Assembly: GCA_026770705.1 (NCBI GenBank) | Contig: JANJGN010000042.1 | Span: forward strand, 1,736,001-1,800,000 | Length of the DNA stretch: 64,000 nucleotides | Direction: 5' to 3' | Origin: Isurus oxyrinchus | Taxonomy: Eukaryota | In this document: positions 1-12,041 of the stretch, piece by piece | How the letters are laid out: the number at the start of each line of letters is the position of its first letter | Position numbering within the stretch: position 1 is the stretch's first letter | Translations under genes and position numbers: made by a program | The notes under the pieces: generated by a model | Told to the model about the DNA's origin: nothing | What the model saw: only the letters and a program-made list of their open reading frames with translations | The model's database searches: none

Positions 1-1149
1 TGTTAAATATGAGACATTTTTCTGTCATTAATGCGTGAACATTTCTATGACTTATTCACGTAATTAAAATATAAAACTATGTAAATACACCTCCGGACCA
101 TGATTGTCCGTGTAGCTCTTTGGATTTGTGCTTGCGAACACTCATCACTGCAGAGATATGGCCCGGTTGAAAAGCTAAACCAAAAAAAGTTGCTTTAAAA
201 GTCCTAACTGGTTTGCATTCTAACCAATAATAATAACAAGCAAAATGTAAGTGTTTGCAGTTTTAAAAATGGAAGCAGATAATAGTTGACTTTAAATGGG
301 GCCCGATGTCTGCTTTGTTCCCCGGACCAACAATTCACTGCCTGTTAATCAGCGTTAGGAAGAATGTGCTAATGTTGACTCATCTGTGGATCGTCACTCG
401 TAATAGCTTAAGCATGGCAGGCACTTCTTGCTATTGTCACACTGAGTGCTGTAAAAAGTGTCTCAAACACAATTTGTTTTTAATACCCCAGAGATGGTGA
501 ACAATACTATAAGATATCTTCTGGAAACTTCATTTAATATAAAGCAGATCAATATTCAAAATTTCACGCGCGTTTTCCAAAATGTACGAAAATATCCTAT
601 ATCCACTCGGTGATATTTCAAATAAAGACATTCTTTTTTAAAAGCCGAACGCTTAGAAATCAAACAGTCCTGATCAATTGTTCCTGCAGTGTGAGCAGAT
701 CAATGAGGAAATTATCATTGAAATAATATATATTATTGATTTTAAGGGAAACACGAGTCTCTTATTGTGATGCGGGTCGAATTTCTGTCACGCTAATGTA
801 TAAAACCTCGGCTGCTGAACCCGCCAGCAATAACCTCGGGGGGCTGTATTTGAGGGCGGCGCTGCACTGAGTATTACTTCCTTTCCTAAATGATGGAACT
901 TACCCTCGTGACCAGCAATGGCGAAGTAACATGCGGGAGAAGCTGTCGGTGCGTTTGATTTTCGGATGTATGAATCAATGAAGCAGGTCCAGCCTATCCT
1001 TTAGTCCCTCTTACATTTCTCTAATTCTGCAACAATACTTTGAGCAGAATCTAGGCCCTTTCAATGCACATGATGCAAGAACATTTCAGATTGATATTAG
1101 TGTCCATTCCAGTCAGTTTTATAACATGTGAGTATTTAAATGTGTAAAA

Positions 1150-2705
1150 CAATACTGACAGAATGTGCAAGATTTTATTACATTTTGTCCCTCCAAATAT
1201 GTAAGCGTAGTTATTACGAACATTATTAATGACCTGGAGTAAATGAAAGTAAATTATACACCCAAGATTGCATATTTAATTAAATTATGTATGTGGCTGT
1301 ATGAGGAAGTTGACGGAATAAATGAATGGATACAATGTGGCAGATTGAGTTTACTGTGTGCAGGTGTGAGGGCTTTCACCCTGAACCTCCAAAACCTAAA
1401 CGTGGAGAAAGGAAGGAATTTAAAGAGACTTAAGTGTCCACTTTTACAATCATTGAAAGCGAGTAGAGGGACAGAAAATACCATCAGAATGGCGAAAACA
1501 AAGTGAGTCCTTATAGAAGGTAACTGGGACATGGAGCAGCAAAAGTTAGACTTCAGTTGTCTGGTCAGACGGTATTTGCATGAATGCATTCAGCTCTCTG
1601 CGCCTCACCAAAGGCAACATTAATTTGCTTCCTAGTTAATACAGCACAGATTCACCAGCAGGATGCAGGAGATATGATATGCAATTATGGGGAAGGGTTG
1701 CAGAATTGTCCGTTGTATTCCATTGACCATCGAGTCTTGAAAGGAGACCTGTTAGAGGTGGTTTACTGTTTAACTGTTTGACAGGGTAGATACAGAAAAA
1801 AAATCTTCTTATAGGAGAATAAAGGACGAGCGTATATAATCTTAAAATTAGAGGTAGGCTATTTTTGAGGGAAAACTGAATTTCTTCCATGGAGAAGGTT
1901 GTGAATCCGAAGCTCTTGACTCCATTCGAAGCGTTAAGTAGTTAGACAGGATATGCAGCGCAGAAACAGGGTGCTCAGCCCAACAAGTCTGTGCATCTGA
2001 TTACGCTAAGTAAGAGAATTCCCGTACAACTCTTCATCTATCTTATATGTATGCTACTACTTCTAGTATCTCCCACAAGTAGAGACGTTTTCCTTATATA
2101 TGTTTTCTCGAATACTTCTGTAACCCAAAGGCTATTATAGGGGCAAAACCCACTTTATTCATTTCTAGATATACGAGACAAATCTTGTCATGGTATCTGG
2201 CCAGTATGATCTCAAAATTCGGGTCATGAGATTAAAAACAAATGCATCGAAATAGAAACTAGAACTTAGGACAGAGATTCACGTGTGACCTAACGAAGTT
2301 CAGTGTATCAGAAAAGCAACTTTTCTGATTTTCAGCTTTCCTCCCTTTAGAAATGAAACCCAGTTTTCTTCTTATGTGCCCAATTGCCTTGATAAACTCT
2401 GTCGCTGCTCATCCTGCAACAGTCCCAGCAGGCTCCCTTGTCCTCTGCCACATTTAGGCTCTATTTTCTCAAGGGGTATCTTACCTCTTTATTAACTCAA
2501 ACAAGAATGAATTACTACACACACAAACACAATTGTTTGTATTTCTTTCGCTATATTTCCAAGAGGTTCCTTAGCTAAGCACAATTACATCATGGGGTAT
2601 TGGGCTAAGGAAAGCAAATAAATTTATGCATCAGACGAAATGATAACTAATTGAATATGGAGCAGGGCTGTAGAGTTGAAAGTCAAACAGCTGCTCCTAT
2701 GTTCT
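1150..2705 (+). mobile_element. Decayed CR1-type LINE (RT C-terminal region plus 3' tail), interrupted by an opposite-strand CR1 fragment
   Basis: Degenerate CR1 RT-like sequence at 1150-1920 (ttattaatgacctgga..., aaggagacctgttagaggtg..., cttaaaattagaggtaggcta). A CR1-like 3' tail at 2560-2705 ends ...ctgctcctatgttct. Confidence 0.6.
1935..2520 (-). mobile_element. CR1-type LINE 3' fragment nested in the + strand copy
   Basis: Resembles the other minus-strand CR1 3' ends in this window (32690-33320, 52815-53500). Confidence 0.45.
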
Positions 2706-2712
2706 GAGATAC

Positions 2713-3029
2713 ATGTTGGGACAGATTAGAGCTGGTGGCTTTGCTCTAGTGATCACTTTGTGTGTTAAATGTAAAGAAGATGTTATACAAATTTATCCAT
2801 TACAGAATCCGGGTGAACAGAAAACGATGTTGATACACTGCTGCAAAACCATCCCATTCTCTGTGATATATTGGTACGTTCAGTCTCCGAACCAGAGCCC
2901 AAAGCTGCTGTTAATGGTGTCGGCAAACAATGACTTTAGAGCCATCATTCGAAGTTTGTTGAAAAGCAACTCCCTGACCATCTCAGCCTTGAGTCTCACA
3001 GACACTGCCACCTACTTCTGTGCTGTACA
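2713..3029 (+). CDS. Germline (unrearranged) T-cell receptor alpha/delta-like variable gene segment, leader contiguous with V
   Basis: The ORF has a hydrophobic leader followed by V-domain hallmarks: Cys (IHCC), WYVQSPNQSPKLLL, SLTISALSLTDTATYFCAV. An RSS follows immediately. There are no stops or frameshifts before the heptamer. Confidence 0.85.
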
Positions 3030-3067
3030 CACAGTGTAGCAAGGAGCGAGAACGCTGTACAAAAACG
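3030..3067 (+). other. V(D)J recombination signal sequence, 23-type (22-bp spacer)
   Basis: Perfect heptamer CACAGTG (3030-3036), 22-bp spacer (3037-3058), nonamer ACAAAAACG (3059-3067, 8/9 match to consensus). Confidence 0.92.
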
Positions 3068-3903
3068 TCATCTTCTATTAATACCCTATCTTTACAAAGA
3101 AGAATTAATGAAGTCGATTTTGGATGATGATGTAAATTAGATTATAAAGAAATTGGTAAGAGGTTTTATGGCTGCCTGTTTATGGTTTTACTCACTTTAC
3201 CACACGGAAAGTTAAACCAACCCACTGAATGTTATTGTTGGCTTAAAACCTCATCTCAGAAAGAAATAGATCATTAAAATAATATAGTCAGCTTTACGAG
3301 CTATAAACGTGGACCCGAAATAAAATATCTTCACTCCTCAGAGTTTTCGAACCAGAAAAATTATACCAGGGTAGAATATTACTACAGGTATATTACAGTA
3401 AGAAAAAAACTCTTTAAACGTTTACCAATATCCGCACTTAGAAAACAAACTTACAATTTCTCTGATATTGTTACTTATATGTGGGTTCGTGAGAATTTCA
3501 GTATGAGGCTACAACTCATATCTATATCAATACTATATCATCGAATATAACCTAGCAGTCCTATGTAAGATAGCATAAAATTATAAATCCACTGCATTGA
3601 ACAATCTGGATATTCAAACAAATATTGATTTGAAGAAGTTATTCTTAAAATCCAATATAATTTCTCAATAGTACAGTGTACATTTGTCTTAACTTTTAAA
3701 GGGAATTCTCTCATAACTCAACCCTTTGTATCCTAAAGATGGCTGAGCTATGTCTCTCTAGTTTTGTGTCTGGGTAATGGCTTTTACAGGGGCATGCGTC
3801 TTGTCTCTGTAGCTTCCTGTACTATCTGGCATTGTTCATTGTATTCTACATATTTTTTTCCCGGAATTAGTTCTCATCAACCTTTGCTTAACTGTCAATC
3901 TTT

Positions 3904-4720
3904 GAGGGTCAGATGTTTACTATGTAGCTTCTACAGGTTTTTGGCTGCGCTCCAATGGCAAGACATTCAAGACTGATTTATGAGTTCCCAGGCGTTCTGT
4001 TTCTTGTGTTGACAGGATTATTGGCAATGATACAGATGCTGCATAGTATAGTTTAATTGTTACTTCAATATTGTAATTTACACCTCAATTTCTTCATTAA
4101 ACGGGTCATTTATTTTAAATGATTAGATATTAATTTACATTGATATCGATGTAAATTTAACTCACGATGGTTGCGGTGTGTACAAAGCTCATCTAATTTG
4201 TTGATGGATCGTGCGAATACAGTTGAATTGACAGGGGGTGACAGCTGATTCGCAGTATTTGTATTTGGGCCTCAGAGTTTCACTGCATTTAGAAGGATCA
4301 AAATGAAGCAACCATAAGTTTTGTATCCAAATTGCTGCCGAAAATAAGCCATGTGGTACAGTCAATAATTTAGAGAAGAACAGGACATTGCGAAGGGTTG
4401 TTGTTGTATAACTGAATGAGCAAACTGTGGGAGAAGGAATACAATTTGTGGAAGAGATTTTTTCTCTGCGCTTTAAGCTTAACCATTGCACGTCACCATA
4501 TTTTCTAATTAGCGTGAAACTATAAATGATAGTGGTAAGTATTTTCCATGTTATTGTTTACCCACCACATGTTTATTGCTGTTCGATTTGCAATGCGTAA
4601 CTTTAACATCAATCATTTCAGTCGATGATCTGTTAATGAGACCATTTTTAACTCCGTTGCTGCGGTTAACAGCTGCATTCAATTCTCTTTAGAAGTGCAC
4701 TTTGTTGTCAAGGCTGTGTG
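3904..4720 (+). repeat. Local direct duplication, copy 1 (~0.8 kb; copy 2 at 5801-6597)
   Basis: Colinear similarity from gagggtcagatgtttact to ttgttgtcaa(g/c)gctgtgt in both copies. Confidence 0.9.
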
Positions 4721-5552
4721 ATAACCTTCGAAGCCGGAATTCATTATGCTCATAGCCACTTTATTTAGCTCAACTAAATTTTGAAACCTCAGTGATCATT
4801 CGGAAAGCCTTGGGTTTGATCCCTACTTCCGATCTCGTGTCCATAGCCGAGCTCCATGCCCCTGAGATTGTCCAGCACTGTCTATTCTGTCGTCCTTCTG
4901 ACGAGGCTCTAAGCCAAGGCCTTGCTGTTTTATCAGTTGAAAATCCACACTACTGCTGCGAGACCTGATCTTCCACTACTGCAATCACTGAACTGCAAAA
5001 AAGCCTCTGATGCGCTTTGACTTGTTTCCACAGGGGCAAAGTCCAAATTTTCTTTTTGATCGTACCTTGGCTCCTTCTGATATTTATTAGGAATTCGTTA
5101 TTACCCATATCTTATGTCCTGTCATTCGATTGCTTTCATTGTTATAGCGGTTTAACGTTTCATAATGTTATTATTTACTGTATTTATAAATGAATAAATG
5201 TACTGAGCTTTTATCTGTATTTTTATGCCATTCTCAGGTTGTCCTTTTGTCAATTTAATGAAGATCAATTCCTTCTACTTCTAGATTACATAAAATTTAC
5301 ATCAGTCGGAAAGTAATGTTTTGTGTCATTTTATATTCCGACTTCCACTTCATCTGCGACAATATAAATAAAAAATGGACCAGCATTAATACATTGGCAA
5401 AGTAATCAGTTCCAGCGTTGAATGAAGTATTGATGGTCCATGTGCCATACCATTCTCCCGCCAAACGGACGTTGTAGCTGGGAGATTCAGCACTAATTCT
5501 TCCCTTCTCTCTCCTCTCTCTCTCTCTCTCTCTCGCTCTCTCTCCCTTACAG

Positions 5553-5705
5553 CTAACTTGTTGACTATCGTGATCCATTCCCGAGGAAGATCTGGTCTTT
5601 CCAGATACGCAGAGTCCATGGCGGTGACAGATCTCCAAGTTATTATCATTACACTGGTATTAAGCCGGTTTACGGCTGTTTATTTTCCAGTCAGTTTCCT
5701 GAGCC
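5553..5705 (+). pseudogene. Truncated exon-2 fragment of a GPR139/142-like GPCR
   Basis: A (CT)n tract and ttacag acceptor precede (A)NLLTIVIHSRGRSGLSRYAESMAVTDLQVIIITLVLSRFTAVYFPVSFLS, homologous to the start of exon 2 of the other copies. It has an internal 12-nt deletion and stops after TM2. Confidence 0.85.
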
Positions 5706-5800
5706 ACTCAAAATACGAAACGGAAACATTCTGAATCTGAATTATACGTTTTGTTTTTCCGGAATTAGGTCTTTTCAATGTTTGTTCAACTGTGAAGCAT

Positions 5801-6597
5801 GAGGGTCAGATGTTTACTGTCTAGCTTCTCCGGATGTTTGGCTGTCCTCCAACAGCAAAACATTCAAGATTGTTCTATGTGTGTCCGCGATTTCTGTGCC
5901 TTGTGTTGACGGACGTTTTGGTAATGATACAAATGCTGCACAATGTAGTTTAATTGTTACTTCAATAATGTCATTAAAACCAGAATTTCTTAGTTAAACA
6001 GGTCATTTATTTTACATGCCTAGATGTTAATTTAAATTGATATCGACATAAATTTAACTCGCGATGGCTGTGGTATGTACAAAGCTCATTTAATTTGTTG
6101 ATCGGTAATGTGAATACAGTTCAATTGACAGGGGTGACAGCTGATTCGCACGATTTGTATTTGGGTCTCAGCTTTTCACCGCATTTAGAAGGCTCAAAAG
6201 GAAGCAACAGTAAGTTTTGTATCCAAAGTGCTGCCAAAAATAAGCCATGTGATACAGTAAATATTTTAGATAAGAAGAGGACAGTGTGAAGGATTGTTGT
6301 TGGATAACTGAAAGAGCAAACTGTGGGAGAAGGAATATAATTTGTGGGAGGGTGTTTTTTTGTGGCGATTTGAGCTTAACCATTACAGATCAGCATATTT
6401 TCTAATTGGCGTGAAACTATAAATGATAGTGGTATGTATTTTTCCATATTTTTGTTTACCCTCCACATGTTTATTCGTAAATTTATCAAATAGTTGCAAT
6501 CGATTAACTGTTATGAAGAGCACTTTTAACTCTGTTGCTGCTGTTAACTGCTCCATTCAATTCTCCTAAGATGCATTTTGTTGTCAACGCTGTGTAA
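5801..6597 (+). repeat. Local direct duplication, copy 2
   Basis: Colinear with 3904-4720. Confidence 0.9.
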
Positions 6598-6859
6598 TGC
6601 CCATCGGAGTTCATGACTGATGTAATCCTGGCCTTAACTCCGTTTTCCTGCCAGACTGAGTAACCATCGGATCTCCTGTGGATCAATAATTTGTCTAACT
6701 ATTCCTTGAATATATTTAGTGCCCCTGCCGTCTCTTGTTTTCTGGAGAAGACAATTCCAAAGTCTCCAGAACCTCCTCATCCCCTGGTACTTTTGCCTAC
6801 GAACCTTCCTTTATCAGTAACAATAGACCTAGATTTTGTCGTGGAAAATCACAATGAAT

Positions 6860-7840
6860 AAAATCTCTCCGGCCGAGAACAGTCTGCACTGAAAATCATG
6901 CTACAGAACTGCAATTACGCAAATTGAATGTAACCTCACTGATCAAGACATCTGCACACGAAGCATAGCTGCTGGGAAATTAAAAGGTTCACAGTGATCC
7001 ATTGGGACTGTCCACCACAGTGAACCACAGAAGCTCAAATTAAAAGTAAGAATGCAGAACTAAACCAGTCCAGTCTGAATGCAAATGTCCATGTACACAT
7101 TTATTAGCACCGAGCAGACTTTCATAAATCTACACGAAACATAACCATGCTCGGCCAGTCCTGTCTCCATCGAATACAGCAGTAATGAAATTGATTATTC
7201 TATATGGAATGTAATCACGCTGAAGTGAAATTTTCCACTGCAAGAAAGAAAGTGTTCACAGCCGGGGCTGTGCACATTGTACGTAGTTGTGTTCCACTGG
7301 GCAAAGTTGACAATAATCGGGCAAAAAGTCGTCCATGTACATTTAGTGTAACAGGATAGAAATTGGCCTGTTCGTACTGAGTGGAGATGTGCACAATTTA
7401 ACCTGAATGCAGTGAATGCAATTTACTGAACTGGACAGTCACACCAGCGTGATAATCCCCTAAACTGGTTTTCCACTAAACAGTGATTGCTAACGAGCTG
7501 AACAGGACTTTCTACATGGCATATAACCATGTTGATTTGGAGTGCTCCATCATTAATTTAATCATGCTCAACAGGAGGTTGTCTTCTCTGAATGTGAGTG
7601 GACTGAGCTTAGACTGAAAGCACCAAGCACACACGTCCTGAACTGGATCTTGCCACACAAAATGTAAATTCACACACCTGTGCACTTTCGTTATTGCCGG
7701 GATTGACATGGCTACACTAACTGAATTGAACTAGTCCACAATGGAAGTAACCATGCCAAACCAGGCATGCGCACAGTGAATATAACCGTGCTGAGCTGCA
7801 CATTTCTACACTGAATGTAAACACCCTGAATGGAATTAAA
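6860..7840. repeat. Highly degenerate tandem array, ~35-bp period
   Basis: Recurrent unit resembling tccacactgaatgtaaccatgctgaactgga; unit starts at 7735, 7770 and 7805 are 35 bp apart. Confidence 0.55.
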
Positions 7841-7849
7841 CAGGAAACG

Positions 7850-9510
7850 ATGGAAATACTCAAGATATCCGGCAGCATGTGACCTTTCATCAGATCAGTC
7901 AAAAGTTACAGATGGAACAGTTTTAATGCAAGTGTAGAGGCAAAAAACGGTTTTGGGGGGAAAAGGTTCAAAAGGAGATGCTTCTGGTAAATGGGAAAAC
8001 AGGAGAAATCAAATGACAAAAGCAGTGATGGTGGAAGTCAAAGTGGAACAAGGAAAAGCAGAAGAGGAATGTCTAAAAGATGGCAAACTGTTTATAACAG
8101 AATCAAAATCAAGAGATGTTTTCCCAACGCAATAACAAAGAGCAAAGAAGGAAGAAAAATCGTGTGATCACGATTGTTGAAATTTATGGAAAATCCAAAA
8201 GCCTAGAAAGTGCCTTAAGGAAATATGAGATTTTACTCCTGGAGCACAGGTTCCATTTCCTTGGAGCAGTAGGAGGGTTCAATGACAGTCATGTCAAAGT
8301 GAGAATGGAACAGATAATTAGGGTGACAAGTGACCAGAAGATCACACTTGTGGACCGAATGGATGTACCTGAGAAATTATCACCAATCTACATTTAACCT
8401 CCAGAATGTGGAGCAGGCTGCATATTGAGCAGTGAACAGGGTATACTCAATGGACAGAAGTTCAAACAAATCGATTTTCCATTTAGAAGCATTGTTTGGG
8501 ACGTAGGACAGAGAGAAGGGCATGGAGACAGGGGCTGGCGTTGCATGTTCATTGCGTGCATGGGAACGTTCTTCAGAAAAGGAAGGGTTGGATTGACTTT
8601 GGAGGAGACAAGTGCAGAGTGGAGCAAAGACCCATTCTCAATGTTAAATAGTAGAAGTGAGTTGGGCATATTGGGCAGTGACAACATGCCGGATGAGTTT
8701 GAAAATGCAGAGGTGGACCAAATGATACAAGAGATGTGTGGAATGGTAGGCAAGGGCAAGGAGAAGCCTACTATGGATCCTGGAGGGGGAGAAGGTGTGA
8801 AAGCAGAAGTGTGAGACATGTTACATGTACTGCACTGGGTTCTGTCAACCACGGTGCGCTGGAAATACTCGGCTGAAGTAATTGGAAGCTCTATTGGAGA
8901 GAGCTAGAAGTGATAATCGAACATATTCAGCAGAAACTGAGATTCTGAGAGAACGGAAAAGTTCCTTTCCAGTAAACGATGTGCATGGATGTGTATTCAA
9001 GATAGCTGGTTGTTGGTGAGCTTCTGTTGAATATTGGGCCATAGCCAATTCCCCGATGTGTCCACATCAAAGCTGCAGAAGGAAATATAAATTTCAAACA
9101 TGGAGCAAGTAAGTGCATGGGGAGGGTTACATTCCAAAGCAAACGTAACCTCATTTTCCAGTTTGGGGGTTGAACGAGATCAATACTGATCTGGTCATGA
9201 ATATACCAGGCAAAAGTGTGATGGAGGTGCTTGAGTGGGACTGGATCAATAATTCTGCTACAAATCCATCCAAAAGCCAAACAGAAATAGGACACAAGCC
9301 AATACCCATAGCATTGGCGTTTCATTTACAGAGTTTTCGTCGTGAGTTGACGTCCAAGCAGGCAGAGAGGCTGATGATGGATGGCTACTGATTGGTTCCT
9401 CATTCCAGAAGGGAAAGGGAGCCACATTAACGTGATCCGTGTTCACACGGGCTGAAAAATGATCAAGAGTGAGAACTTTGTAATGTTTTCCTGCTGAGTT
9501 TAAAGCCATG
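7850..9510 (-). mobile_element. Decayed Penelope-like retroelement (RT and GIY-YIG remnants)
   Basis: Minus strand shows degenerate RT-like and endonuclease-like (GET..RL..R..EH-type, ~8340-8450) sequence. The terminus at ~7850 resembles the gaaaatgctggaaaaactcagcagg motif also at 45140 and 33710-33797. Recognised from memory of shark repeats. Confidence 0.55.
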
Positions 9511-9805
9511 GATGGTCGTGCACAGTGCTCACTTTCACAGTTACAATCGCTTATTTGGCTTGTTATTTAAATTTTAGGCAAAAATGCAACTTGGACCGTA
9601 CTCTCCTGTCGCGCCAATGTCCTTGAAAACAGATTCCATTCCATCAAAAATATAAACGCGAGCGTGGCAGCAGCTGCACTAAAATGTTTTTTTCAGTTAG
9701 TGTAATTAATGTAAAAAGGCAAACCTTCTCATTGTCTCCCTAGAGTCCGACATCATGTATAAATCTAAAAGTCTTTCGGTGTAGCACAGAGCGCACTTGG
9801 AGCTT

Positions 9806-12041
9806 ATGAGAGAAATGCATGGGATACCAAAAGGTCTGGTGTTCGCCATTTACTATCCCGTTCTTGCAGCTATCGGTATTCCAGGTAAAGTATTAGGGTT
9901 AGTTACCAGTTACCAGAATCATTTTTCACTCTATCACTTCTTTAATTTAGCTGTACTGCTTCTCTATGATTCACCCCATTAACAGGATAATTTGTTTTTT
10001 TATAATGTTTTCCCTTTTTTGCAGTATCCTTATCTCCACATTTGGTGCATTCTTCTTTTAAATGAGATTAAACCTTCCCTTTCCTTGCAATATTACTGGT
10101 CATTACTGGTCTCTTTTCTCCACTTTGAGGCTACAATTTCTCCCCTTCACGAGAACAGTTTCTTCCCATTGCCACTATACTTACTTCCATTTCAGGGATT
10201 ACTATGTTTGCTTCGCCAATGCCATTTCATCTCTTTAAATAAAACTTTTCTGCCAACTTAGCAGTGCCGCCTCTCAGTCTAAACGTAATTAGATGTTGTT
10301 ATTGTCATTATTAATGTGGGCGAAGTATTTAGCACACTAATATCACAGTGCAATGTAAATCAATTGTATTACTGACACTGTCACCATGGCTGATTTATCA
10401 CGCTGTAAATGTAGCTCTGTGGTGTTATTGACACAGCTGTTGAATTACCTCACTTTGCCATGTGCATATATTGCTCCTTGCGCTGGAATGTGAATAACAG
10501 CTATTTCTTAAGTAAGATTTTGTATTCACGACCGGTCCTCAGTCTTTTGTTTTAGCTGAAATATAGCATATCGGGCAGTGCAACGTTGCTGAAGTCCAAC
10601 AGTTGGGCTTGAACGCTAAACCTTTTGACTCAAAAGTGAGATTGCTGTAAACAGAGCCATAGTAAGCATGATTAGTTTTACTCGTGGCTGTGAAGCCTTG
10701 TTCCTTTAACTTCGAATTGTTACAACTCAGATGCATCACATCTCCTTCATCTTCTTTTCAGTTAAGTAGTAGCTTTTTTTTTGCTGAACTTTTTTCAAGC
10801 TCTATAATGTATTTGTTAACCTTCGATTTTCCAATGTTTCAGAGTATTGTTATATTTTCCCGTCTCTAAACGTTGAATGAGAACAACATTGACTGTATTT
10901 CAGGGTCACAATGCAGGACGTTCAATGTTCACCTTGGGTTGGCCCTTAGTGTTGCTGACAGTACACAACAGATTGCTGTGTTTTAGGATATTTTCCTCCA
11001 GATCATCTTTCTGACATGCTAACTTGTTCCTCTCTTTTCAACTGCTGCCTGACTGAGAATTTCCAACATTTTATGTTCTAAATTTCTTTCCCAAAATTGG
11101 CTATTTGCTGGCTGCGTTTCGCTGTCACAGCTAATCTGGTCGTGATTGTGATACTGACTCGAGGAAGATGCGGTCTCTCCAAATGTATCACTTACTATTT
11201 GATGTCCATGGCCGTGACGGATCTTCTTGTCGGGATCACAGTTGTGATATTAAACCGGATTATAGGTATTTATTTCCCGTTCAGTCTCCTGGCCATCACT
11301 CCAGTCTTCAGCGTCAGACTTGTGCTAAATTATGGAGTCATCGATTCTTCTGTCTGGGTAACAGTGGCTTTCACCTTTGACCGATTTGTAGCCATTTGCT
11401 GCCAGAAGCTGAAAATTAAATATTGCACTAAGAAAATGGCGGCTGCGGTGATAGCAACTGTCTCTGTACTTAACTGCGTTAAAAGCATTCCCTTGTATTT
11501 TATGTGTGAGCCTGCCTTTATAATTGACAATATACCCTGGCAATGCAATTCAAAATCAATATTTTATACGGCACCTGAATGGGTCGCTTATGAAAGCATA
11601 ATCGCCGTTTTAACCCTTTGCCTCTCCTTCTTCCTTATTTTACTGCTCAATGCTCTGACCATCAGACACATTGTAGTGGCCAGTCGAGCCCGCAGGAGAC
11701 TCCGGATCCAGAGCAACGGAGAGAATCAAAGTGACCCAGAGATGCAGAAAAGAAGGAAGTCCATGGTTTTGCTCTTCTGTATCTCGGGCAGTTTCATCCT
11801 GTTACATTTGTTAAGACTTATAAACTTCCTCTATGTCCGAATTGCGAATCTTAGCTATGCAGACTCTACCAATTTCAATGAATCAAATTTTCTTATGGAG
11901 GAAAGCGCACGTATGCTTCAGCTCCTGAGTTCCTGCGTCAATCCGTTTATTTATGCAGGGACCCAGAGTAAATTCAGAGAAGAGTTAAAGAATGGTGTGA
12001 AATTCCCACTGAATCTGCTTGTTAAATTATTTAAAAGATGA
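9806..12041 (+). CDS. GPR139/GPR142-like class-A GPCR, copy 1; join(9806..9884,11131..12041), 329 aa (alternative start 9815)
   Basis: Exon 1 MREMHGIPKGLVFAIYYPVLAAIGIP ends CCAG|gtaaag; acceptor gctgtcacag|CT; the phase-1 intron restores the frame. Seven hydrophobic segments with MAVTDL, FTFDRFVAIC and NPFIY motifs. Confidence 0.92.

Noticed and set aside
3739-3780. ATG plus short peptide then gtaatg, as a possible leader or GPCR exon 1
   Set aside because: Wrong splice phase and no similarity to the family's exon 1.
11097-11130. ORF-track N-terminus MAICWLRFAVT of copy 1 (likewise 61325-61388 for copy 4)
   Set aside because: Intronic read-through upstream of the splice acceptor; the true N-terminus is in exon 1.
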